Origin: a bacterium | GTDB lineage: Bacteria > Muiribacteriota > UBA6191 | DNA length: 35,406 nt | Direction: 5' to 3' | Assembly: GCA_036339875.1 (NCBI GenBank) | Contig: JAYZAC010000027.1 | Location: 1 to 35,406 of the forward strand | Shown here: piece after piece, positions 1 through 7,747 of the stretch | Position numbering within the stretch: position 1 is the first letter of the stretch | How the letters are laid out: each line of letters starts with the position of its first letter | Position numbers and translations under genes: made by a program | Notes under the pieces: model-generated | What the model saw: only the letters and a program-made list of their open reading frames with translations | Database searches by the model: none | Told to the model about the DNA's origin: nothing

Positions 1-1151
1 CTTAAGAGAGGTATACCAGACTGGTTGCCTCCATCGATTACTCCCTGATGTACTCCATCGCGGATTCTTTTGGGATGCAACAAATCAGCAGGCATTTTTG
101 TCAATCTATCAGGGTGACCGAGGCAATATCCCTTAACGTGGGCCAATAATTCTGCTCCTAAACCAGTTCCGAGTGGATCACGATCAACTCCAACAATTCC
201 AGTCATGGCGCCACCATATGGATCTAACGCGCTTGGGGAGTTATGGGTTTCTACTTTATATACGAGATCATAGGAGTCATGAAGCCGAACAACCCCAGCA
301 TTATCGTGAAAGACACTCACCAAATAATCTTTATTGAGTTTTTCGGTTAGACCTTTAATGTAAGTTTTAAATAGGGAATCCACCTCAAACTCTTCGTTCT
401 GATCTTGATAAAGTATACGAGCATTGAATATTTTATGATGACAGTGCTCACTCCAAGTTTGTGCAAGACATTCTAGTTCGATATCTGTTGGCCATTCTGG
501 TAAGCCTAGTGCATTTCGTTTGGTCCGAATCTCTGGCTTACTATAATGAGATTTAATAGCCAACATTTCTCTTTCATCTAGTGCTAGAGTCATTGAGTTA
601 GAGAGCTCTTGAAGTTCTTGAATATTCAAATCGAGCGAAATTGTTTCAACAATAGGGTCAAGTTCAGGAGTTGCATCTCCAAGCTCCGGTTCAGGAGCTT
701 CCTCACCAGGTCTCAGAACAAAACAGTCCTGAATCAATGGATTGTACAACTTGTCTTTCGCAAAACTACTCAAGCTAGTGGGCTGAGCGCCTTCTATTAT
801 GAATTCTTTTGCTGACGCAACTACTTGATGAACAGGCATACAATCTGGATAAGCCTGCAGTAACATTTCTCTAGCAGTGTTTCCTAAATTGTCAGTTACA
901 CCTCGTTTAAATCGTATATGCAATCGAGTTTTCAGAGTCGCTGATTCAGTACCAAGATATTGTAGGTGTTTGTCACAAAAATTTTGAGCAGCAAATTGAA
1001 ATACTTCTACTTCCATTTCAGGTAGGAAATAGATTTCAGAGCAATCCACCTTACAATTGATTAAGCCAATTTCTGAGAGTTGCTGCTGAATTTTCAAGGC
1101 TTGTGGCTGAGGAGCTCCTGGTTTGAAGTAAAATTGAACTTTAGAGACCAT
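1..1151 (-). CDS. purL: Phosphoribosylformylglycinamidine synthase, PurS-PurS-PurL fusion (5' part; runs off the left edge)
   Basis: Not in the ORF track; translated by hand from ATG 1151 (11-nt overlap with the purM end). Motifs PTDIELECLAQTWSEHCHHKIFNA, DNAGVV, KVETHNSPSALDPYGGAMTG and GGNQSGIP. N-terminus has PurS-like segments (FKRGVTDNLGNTA, LYNPLIQ). Confidence 0.95.
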   Translation of the reverse strand, partial: MVSKVQFYFKPGAPQPQALKIQQQLSEIGLINCKVDCSEIYFLPEMEVEVFQFAAQNFCDKHLQYLGTESATLKTRLHIRFKRGVTDNLGNTAREMLLQAYPDCMPVHQVVASAKEFIIEGAQPTSLSSFAKDKLYNPLIQDCFVLRPGEEAPEPELGDATPELDPIVETISLDLNIQELQELSNSMTLALDEREMLAIKSHYSKPEIRTKRNALGLPEWPTDIELECLAQTWSEHCHHKIFNARILYQDQNEEFEVDSLFKTYIKGLTEKLNKDYLVSVFHDNAGVVRLHDSYDLVYKVETHNSPSALDPYGGAMTGIVGVDRDPLGTGLGAELLAHVKGYCLGHPDRLTKMPADLLHPKRIRDGVHQGVIDGGNQSGIPLL

Positions 1152-2547
1152 TAAACTTAACTCCTTGGTCGCCATTCTGAATTATGCCTATGACGGGACA
1201 CTCAGTCTGAAAAATAGATTCGCTAAAGCTTTGTACTAGTTTAGATTGCGAGCTATCAACAGTAATTACCATGCCAACTCCCATATTGAAAGTTTCTAGC
1301 ATTCCTTTATTTTCAGGGTCACTCAAAGGTACGTTACCCATATACTGTAATTGTTGAAATATCGCCGGCACTTGCCAGCTTCCCCATTGCAGATTAGCTT
1401 CAAGACCTACAGGTAAAATTCGCACTAAATTTTCTGGTAAACCACCACCCGTTATGTGGGCAATAGCGCTTACCGATTTCGAAAAATTTTGCAATAGTTC
1501 TTTTACATAAGGACCATAATTACGATGAGGAACTAATAATTTCTCATATAGTTCTAATTTATTATCGAGAATACTAGACTCTAGAATTTGTCTTACAAGA
1601 CTAAAGCCGTTTGTGTGTAAGCCATTACTTGGAAGCGCAATACATACCTGTGAGGCTTTTACACTATTGCCGGTTAGAGCCGATGATTCATTGACGAGGC
1701 CTACAATGGTTCCACACAAATCGATCTGACCTGATTCATAGATTTCCGGCTTACATTCAGTTCTAAGCTCTAACAACTTTAGTCCATAACTCTTACAGAT
1801 ATTATTAACTCTCTGGATTAAATTGTTTGGTTTGCTGATTAGCTCTTCATTACTTAGGCCCAGATATAAATTGACACCGACTCCAACTGCACCCAAGCAT
1901 GCTATATCACCTTGTGAGTGTCCAAGAATATCACCAATTATTGAGTCAAATTGATTAAACTCCGATGCAAGAACAGTTTTGGTACCTACCCCATCGGAAC
2001 TCATTACCAAGCAGGAATTAGGATAATCAGAATTCAGTTTAGCTAAGTTTAAACGTTCGCCACGATAAATAAATCCACTATCAAGGATTCTAAATTCAGA
2101 TGTTTGAGCCGCTCCTAGGCCATAAAAATGAGTCACAGTTTCTTGTGATTCTTTACAAATTACACCCGGCATTTCAGCTGTCTCGCCACCCAGAATAGCA
2201 ATTTTCTTTTTGAGACAAAAATTTGCTAATCGTCTCACATAGTCAAGTACTGAATTGCTCTTAAGTGGTGTTGCTGCGAAGTAGTCCAGACATGCAAACC
2301 ATTTAACAGTTTCATCTAAATCAAAAGATTCAAATGATTGCTCACTTAGACTGTCACAGACTAAATGATTTTGATTTCCGCGTAAGAGACTGTTGAGGCG
2401 GATAGCCCCAGAAAAGAACCCTGGTTGAGATACGACCCCTTCACTAAGGGTTTTACCCACGATCTCAGAAAGCATCCTGTTGGCCTTCTGATTCTCGTCG
2501 ATATCTACACCAGAGGAATTATATGTCAAAGCTACTTCGCTTTGCAT
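1141..2547 (-). CDS. purM: Phosphoribosylformylglycinamidine cyclo-ligase (AIR synthetase), long form with duplicated N-terminal domain
   Basis: Motifs TYNSSGVD, GGETAEMPG, SDGVGTK, SNGLHTNGFSLVR, AHITGGGLPENLVR and TFNMGVGM; adjacent to purL; 468 aa versus about 345 aa typical. Confidence 0.92.
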   Translation of the reverse strand: MQSEVALTYNSSGVDIDENQKANRMLSEIVGKTLSEGVVSQPGFFSGAIRLNSLLRGNQNHLVCDSLSEQSFESFDLDETVKWFACLDYFAATPLKSNSVLDYVRRLANFCLKKKIAILGGETAEMPGVICKESQETVTHFYGLGAAQTSEFRILDSGFIYRGERLNLAKLNSDYPNSCLVMSSDGVGTKTVLASEFNQFDSIIGDILGHSQGDIACLGAVGVGVNLYLGLSNEELISKPNNLIQRVNNICKSYGLKLLELRTECKPEIYESGQIDLCGTIVGLVNESSALTGNSVKASQVCIALPSNGLHTNGFSLVRQILESSILDNKLELYEKLLVPHRNYGPYVKELLQNFSKSVSAIAHITGGGLPENLVRILPVGLEANLQWGSWQVPAIFQQLQYMGNVPLSDPENKGMLETFNMGVGMVITVDSSQSKLVQSFSESIFQTECPVIGIIQNGDQGVKFNGL

Positions 2548-2622
2548 CGCCCCCTGCTTCTTTCAGCTAAGAACATTTCTAGACATTTCTTTGTTTAAGA
2601 ATGCTTAGAACAGAGGCTTCGG

Positions 2623-2651
2623 ATGCTAGGCTAGTCTTAGTCTAAAGTCAA
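2623..2651 (-). promoter_or_regulatory. Putative sigma70 promoter of purM-purL
   Basis: Minus strand TTGACT (2651-2646), 17-nt spacer, TAGCAT (2628-2623). Confidence 0.5.
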
Positions 2652-2752
2652 TCAATACTTAATTTTTAAGATAGTATTTTGTATGAGCTACTTTCTGATA
2701 CCGCACAGAATCTGGCTTTATAATTAAATCAGGATTTTTTGAAGTATTGATT
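2650..2752. repeat. 103-bp segment bounded by perfect 11-bp inverted repeats and flanked by AGTC direct repeats (MITE-like)
   Basis: AATCAATACTT at 2650-2660 and AAGTATTGATT at 2742-2752; AGTC at 2646-2649 and 2753-2756. Confidence 0.4.
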
Positions 2753-3596
2753 AGTCTTTTTTAATATTTTTAAGGGGAGTTAGAACCCCTAGCTCAAAAC
2801 CCAGATTGTTGATTTTATCCTTAATTATTTTCAGTCTTTTTTCTGAACTTGGATGGGTAGAATTATGACTTAAAAGTTTGGTAGCAAAATTTTCTTTTTT
2901 ACTAAGTTTTTCGAAAAAGCTTGTTAAGCCAGCACTTTGTTTTCCATATTCTTTTTGCATTAAAAAAAGACCAAAATCATCAGCAGAAATTTCTTGCTGT
3001 CTTTGATAGCCAGATACTACATTATCAAGAATCATTTGAATTAATTCAGCTCCGAGGTCTTGTCCCGTAAAAGGAATCATCAAAAACATAATTATCCCAA
3101 GTCTTCCATATGCTTTAAGGTGATGTCTAAGCTTGAAATGTCCTAATTCGTGGGCTAAAACCATAGCCAATTCATTCTCACTTTTTACCGTTTCCCACAA
3201 ACCTCTTGTAACCAAGATTTTATCTCCAGGAATAGCATATGCATTGATGTCTTTACTCTTATCGTAAATAATTTGAAAGTCAATGTCTTGCAAATGCTCA
3301 TGATGACGTTTCAATTTGTTAACTATTTCACTTAAATAGGCTTCAATCTCATTACCCTTAGTTCGTGATTTCGTGAAATTTATTTTTTGCAAATTAGTTT
3401 GTATGGATCTATCAAGGCTGTAGGGTAAAATATCTATAATCAAGTTAGCTGAGGATATGAGAATAGCTGCAAGAATTCCAAGTCCCAGAAGAATTACAAA
3501 AAAATTCTTAAAAAATGCCAGTAGCAGATTGTCGCGGGGGGCATTGTGATCGCCTCTTATTAACGAAAGCTGTCGACCTTTATCATTAGTTAGCAT
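2751..3596 (-). CDS. M48 family zinc metallopeptidase
   Basis: INAYAIPG, ELAMVLAHELGHF (HExxH), QEISADDFG and STHPSSEKR motifs; N-terminal TM segment. ATG 3596 chosen; TTG 3608 is an alternative. Confidence 0.9.
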   Translation of the reverse strand: MLTNDKGRQLSLIRGDHNAPRDNLLLAFFKNFFVILLGLGILAAILISSANLIIDILPYSLDRSIQTNLQKINFTKSRTKGNEIEAYLSEIVNKLKRHHEHLQDIDFQIIYDKSKDINAYAIPGDKILVTRGLWETVKSENELAMVLAHELGHFKLRHHLKAYGRLGIIMFLMIPFTGQDLGAELIQMILDNVVSGYQRQQEISADDFGLFLMQKEYGKQSAGLTSFFEKLSKKENFATKLLSHNSTHPSSEKRLKIIKDKINNLGFELGVLTPLKNIKKD

Positions 3597-4047
3597 CGTT
3601 CTTAGCAAAATATACGGCGGTACCGTAGGCTATAGCTTCGATTGAACCAATTTGATTTTTGTTATTTGCCGACTTTCCGATCGATGAGGTTTCAACTCTT
3701 ACATTAACTATTATGCCGGTATCATATTTGCAAGATTGTTTCATTCTTAAGATGGCTTCCCTTCTGGCGCGATCAATTAGAGATTCATAAGTTCGGACTC
3801 TTCCACCCAGCAACATTTTCAATGAAGCAACGACCCGTTTGAAGTAATCTAGGCTTATGACCGCCGAGCCACTAACCATTTGAATTCCAGTGATTTGTTT
3901 ATTTGTCGGAATTCTTTTGATATTTACAGCAGGCAAATCTAAGGTTTCAACCTCTCTTTTTTTTATGCTTTTATAGTGACGTTTTTCAACGAAAGTACCT
4001 ATACCGTATGCAACTAAGGTCAAAAATACAAATAGTCCTAGACTCAT
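3586..4047 (-). CDS. YbjQ/UPF0145 family protein with N-terminal membrane anchor
   Basis: LGGRVRTYESLIDRARREAILRM and IVNVRVETS...AYGTAV motifs; 4-nt overlap with the upstream ybjQ gene. Confidence 0.88.
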   Translation of the reverse strand: MSLGLFVFLTLVAYGIGTFVEKRHYKSIKKREVETLDLPAVNIKRIPTNKQITGIQMVSGSAVISLDYFKRVVASLKMLLGGRVRTYESLIDRARREAILRMKQSCKYDTGIIVNVRVETSSIGKSANNKNQIGSIEAIAYGTAVYFAKNDAN

Positions 4048-4373
4048 AATTCAGTATCAGATTCAACCACTACAGCTGTTCCGTAGGCGTACAATTCCGC
4101 TGCTCCCTGAGCAACTGAACTGGTTGAAAACCTTATATTAATTATTGCATTTGCTCCAAGTGCTTGGGCCTGCTGCTTCATACGTTCCACAGATTCCTCG
4201 CGACTTTGATTAAGAAGGTCGGTATATCCTTTTAGCTCTCCGCCAACAAGATTTTTAAGACCGGCAAGGATATCTGCACCTACATTTTTTGCTCGGATAG
4301 TGCTACCACTTACTAATCCGAGATGTTTAGTTATTTTCTTTCCAGGAATGTATTCAATGTTCGTTAAAAGCAT
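4044..4373 (-). CDS. YbjQ/UPF0145 family protein
   Basis: GLVSGSTIRAKNVGADILAGLKNLVGGELKGYT and GANAIINIRF...AYGTAV; SD GAGGA before ATG 4373 (GTG 4388 is an alternative). Confidence 0.92.
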   Translation of the reverse strand: MLLTNIEYIPGKKITKHLGLVSGSTIRAKNVGADILAGLKNLVGGELKGYTDLLNQSREESVERMKQQAQALGANAIINIRFSTSSVAQGAAELYAYGTAVVVESDTEL

Positions 4374-4495
4374 ATCTTCCTCATCCACTTCTATTTGCTA
4401 ACACAGTTTCGCAGAATGTCATTATGTTTTGCAACTGAGCCTAAGCTTTGATACAAAATGTATATAAAAAGGTATAAAATTGTTATGTTGCTAGC

Positions 4496-5923
4496 ATGAG
4501 ACAAGTTAAGTTAACCCGTTGGTACTTCTTAGTCTGCGTCGGCTTCATTATAACCCAAGCCTATTTAGCTCAAGGATTCTGGGGAAACTGCGTGGACGAT
4601 GCAGCTATAAGTTTTCAATATGCCAAAAATTTAGCTCTAGGTCATGGCCTTTGTTTTCATTCCAGTATGTCTCCTGTGGAGGGCTTTTCTAATCCAATTT
4701 GGACGATGCTTCTTGCCGCTGCTTATAGCCTAGGTTGGGAAGATCTTGTGGTAGTTTCAAAAGTATTGGGACTCATTTTTCACATATCTACTGGTTTACT
4801 CTTCTGTTTGTATGGATTTAGGCATTACTGGCCACTCTTTATTTTGTTTGTTTTGTTGAGTTTTCCATACAATCTTTATTGGTCCGTTACAGGTTTAGAG
4901 AACGCAAGTTATGGGTTTTTCTTATGCTTGGCTTATTTATGTGTGAAGCGTAAGTTGAGTAAATCTCTCTGGGTTGTTCTAGGGCTTATTATCTTCAGTA
5001 GGCCGGAAGGTTTCATATTTGCTTTTATTTTTGCAGTCTCGGATCAACAAGAAAAACGAAAAAGCATACTAATGAGTACTATATTTTTACTACTCATGGT
5101 ATTGATTAGGTTGCTTTATTTCAATGATATACTACCAAACACAGTTTGGGCTAAGTGGGGACTTGTACATAGTTCTGATCCTCTGATGAATGCCAAGCTG
5201 GGTTTCAACTACTTTTGGGAGTATTTTACTACTTTTCTAAAGTTTCCTTTTCTTGTTATACCAGTATTATTTTTTCTTATTTTAAAGCGTCAATGGTTAT
5301 TAGTATCGTTGTTTTTGGCTCATCTAATCTTTTTAATACTCAGTGGTGGTGATTGGATGAGAGGATGGAGATTTATGTCGCCATTAGCACCATTATTTGC
5401 GTATGCGATAGCTAGTTTACTCTGGACATTAGCCATGCGATTTCAAGAAGTCTTAGTGGTATTGATGGTCATTCTAGTAAATTTACTTATGTTACTTTGT
5501 TGGACTTGGCAAGACGAATATAAGAAGCTCAAGCAACCTTACATCGATGTATCAAGTCGCATTCAGAGGTCGCAGAATTTTGAGAAAATAGCCCTAAAAT
5601 TAGAAATTGTAGATCCTACTTTACTGGATGTTGATGCTGGTGGAACTGCCTATGGTAGCAGTTTAAGAGTCTATGATTTTGCAGGGCTTACTGTGAGGGA
5701 ACTAGCACATTCTGAAAAGACTCGTCAGAGAGTGCAGCAATTTGTAAAGAATCTTAAACCGACCTTCATTTACAGTACAGGATTTTGGACTCGAGTGTTT
5801 GGGCTAAGTGGATGGACTTGGTTAAAACAGCATTACGTTCCCATAAACACTGGAGATAAGTATTTCAATGATCAATTAAGTTGTTCTTTGATAAGAAAAG
5901 ATCTCGTAAATAAATCAAATTAA
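4496..5923 (+). CDS. Polytopic membrane protein, GT-C glycosyltransferase-like (AftB-like family)
   Basis: DDAAISFQYAKNL, VEGFSNPIW, TGLE, RPEG, LPNTVWAK and GGDWMRGWRF motifs; many TM helices and a soluble C-terminal domain. Confidence 0.7.
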   Translation: MRQVKLTRWYFLVCVGFIITQAYLAQGFWGNCVDDAAISFQYAKNLALGHGLCFHSSMSPVEGFSNPIWTMLLAAAYSLGWEDLVVVSKVLGLIFHISTGLLFCLYGFRHYWPLFILFVLLSFPYNLYWSVTGLENASYGFFLCLAYLCVKRKLSKSLWVVLGLIIFSRPEGFIFAFIFAVSDQQEKRKSILMSTIFLLLMVLIRLLYFNDILPNTVWAKWGLVHSSDPLMNAKLGFNYFWEYFTTFLKFPFLVIPVLFFLILKRQWLLVSLFLAHLIFLILSGGDWMRGWRFMSPLAPLFAYAIASLLWTLAMRFQEVLVVLMVILVNLLMLLCWTWQDEYKKLKQPYIDVSSRIQRSQNFEKIALKLEIVDPTLLDVDAGGTAYGSSLRVYDFAGLTVRELAHSEKTRQRVQQFVKNLKPTFIYSTGFWTRVFGLSGWTWLKQHYVPINTGDKYFNDQLSCSLIRKDLVNKSN

Positions 5924-6023
5924 CAATTTGACTAAGGAGTATCTATTCCATTCTTATCTTATGGTTGATTATGCTGATATGCCATGCTTGAATAGCGTCA
6001 TCATTTTAATGAAGGGAACCGTT

Positions 6024-6488
6024 ATGCGCCAATTGATATCAAATCCTCGTTTTTTGTTAATCTTTCCAATTCATTTAGTTTTCTTGGCAATCTTTGTTCC
6101 GGCCACAATTGGTAAGTTTAAGAATTTAGAGGGTAACGCTGCATATTTTACAGGGCTGTTCAAAGATACTATCATCATGAGTTTACCGATTCCCGGTGGT
6201 ATGGAGACTCATGTAATAATCATTGGATTACTGGAAGGTCTAATTTGTCTATTATTTCTGGCCGCATTGTTACGAGGCGAATGGTCACCTAAGGCATCTT
6301 GTTTAATGTTTACGAAATTAGGCTTGCTTATCACCGGCATTGTTTTTATACAACTCGGCTTAGGTATGCGCCTTGCCAAGCAATACGACGGTGCTGCTAA
6401 CCTGTTCTTCTATTTCGCTTTAACCCATCTGTTAGCTTTTGCAGTACATGCATATTTCGATAATTCTAAATCGTCGAAAAATCAATAA
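6024..6488 (+). CDS. DoxX-like four-TM membrane protein
   Basis: Four hydrophobic segments, KF...YFTGLFKDT and IGLLEG patterns; SD-like AAGGGA before ATG 6024 (track start 5928 is probably too long). Confidence 0.6.
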   Translation: MRQLISNPRFLLIFPIHLVFLAIFVPATIGKFKNLEGNAAYFTGLFKDTIIMSLPIPGGMETHVIIIGLLEGLICLLFLAALLRGEWSPKASCLMFTKLGLLITGIVFIQLGLGMRLAKQYDGAANLFFYFALTHLLAFAVHAYFDNSKSSKNQ

Positions 6489-6511
6489 ATACTTGTTTTC
6501 GTCTGCAGTAC

Positions 6512-6540
6512 TTGACCAAGCGAATCCTATGAATGACAAT
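6512..6540 (+). promoter_or_regulatory. Putative sigma70 promoter, possibly giving a leaderless mRNA
   Basis: TTGACC (6512-6517), 17 nt, GACAAT (6535-6540), 6 nt, ATG 6547. Confidence 0.45.
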
Positions 6541-6546
6541 GGTTAA

Positions 6547-6918
6547 ATGTTGTGGTCAGCAATCTGTTTTGAAACCTTGCTTTTATGGATGTGCTGCCCA
6601 TGGATAGCCTTTCTAGTGATATTTGCTATATCAAGTAGGTTTAGACGAGGTAGTCTTGATACTTATCTGGGGTGCTTGATGACATGCATTCCATTGTATG
6701 GCCTGTATATTATTTTTATAACTCCACTGCAGAGTTCTCTAAGTTTCGACATACCGATTTTACTATCAGTTTTGAGTTTTTATTTGATTGTAAATAATAT
6801 TAAGCATTGTCCGCCCGTAGTTTGGCGAAAAAGAGATTGGTTAAAGATTTTCGCATTAGTTATTTATCTAATATCTGGATTAACTACTCTACTATCCTTA
6901 TCTTGGATGGGTCTCTAA
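6547..6918 (+). CDS. Hypothetical small integral membrane protein
   Basis: 123-aa ORF with about four hydrophobic segments; fills the gap between neighbouring genes. Confidence 0.65.
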   Translation: MLWSAICFETLLLWMCCPWIAFLVIFAISSRFRRGSLDTYLGCLMTCIPLYGLYIIFITPLQSSLSFDIPILLSVLSFYLIVNNIKHCPPVVWRKRDWLKIFALVIYLISGLTTLLSLSWMGL

Positions 6919-6923
6919 ATAGA

Positions 6924-7358
6924 TTAGAAGTGTATGTAATGAACTTCTAGTTGACCCGATGGTTTTAATTCTAAAATTTCCTCTTTTCCATTGTCAGCTT
7001 TGATTTTGAATTGGTACTCAATGCCCTCGTCCACCATCATTTGTACTTCTCCAGATTCAGATTTAGTTAAACTTAAGATTTCTGGTTTTTCCATACTTAG
7101 ATCAAATAAAGTACTTTTTGGCAAAACCTTCAAAATTATTTTTACTTGTTTAGGTTCATTAATTTCAGTATTTGGGGTTTTTTCTTGCTTTGTTTCGGGC
7201 AACCTACTGAGTAGTTCAGACCCAATTTTTTCAGTCGAGTCATCAGTCTTAGGTTTTGAAAGATAAGTAAGTAAACTGGCGGAGGAGAACATCATCAGCA
7301 CAATCACAGTCACTATTATGATTCTAGATAATGATTTATTTCCTTTAGATTCTGCCAT
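6924..7358 (-). CDS. Hypothetical membrane-anchored protein
   Basis: SD AGGAG (7368-7364) before ATG 7358; one N-terminal TM, a charged linker and a beta-rich C-terminus. Confidence 0.7.
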   Translation of the reverse strand: MAESKGNKSLSRIIIVTVIVLMMFSSASLLTYLSKPKTDDSTEKIGSELLSRLPETKQEKTPNTEINEPKQVKIILKVLPKSTLFDLSMEKPEILSLTKSESGEVQMMVDEGIEYQFKIKADNGKEEILELKPSGQLEVHYIHF

Positions 7359-7430
7359 AATTTCTCCTAGTCTCAATCCATTTTGTAATCGAATATATCA
7401 TATAGTTCTAACAATAAATAAATACACAAA

Positions 7431-7466
7431 ATGCTTATATTTGATCATATGATTATTTATAAGCAT
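7431..7466. repeat. 36-bp imperfect palindrome in an AT-rich intergenic region
   Basis: ATGCTTATA-tttg-ATCATATGAT-tatt-TATAAGCAT; 15 of 18 positions pair. Confidence 0.6.
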
Positions 7467-7747
7467 ACAGTAAATGATTAATATCAATCATATGTAGATG
7501 ACTACTCCCGTATCCATCATAATATGTATCAATTTATGTTTAGATTTGTAATAAATTCAGAATAATTCCAATATGGGAGCATTTTTAATATTTGCACACT
7601 TCTTGTATAATAAATGTAGTGCGATGCACGAGTGGGGGATATGGGGACAAATGCGAATGTACTATTGAGTCAATTCGTTAAAACTTATCTTATCATACGC
7701 TCTCGATGTTTAGGTTATGCAGTTACAGGGGTTATGCGCTCCCAAAA

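Noticed and set aside
609..815. 68-aa plus-strand ORF in the track
   Set aside because: Antisense shadow of purL, which has clear motifs on the minus strand.
2548..2622. Possible purine, ZTP or PRPP riboswitch in the purM leader (imperfect hairpin, ACATTTCT repeated twice)
   Set aside because: No match to those aptamer consensus motifs and no terminator platform.
6991..7266. 91-aa plus-strand ORF
   Set aside because: Antisense to the SD-supported gene at 6924-7358.
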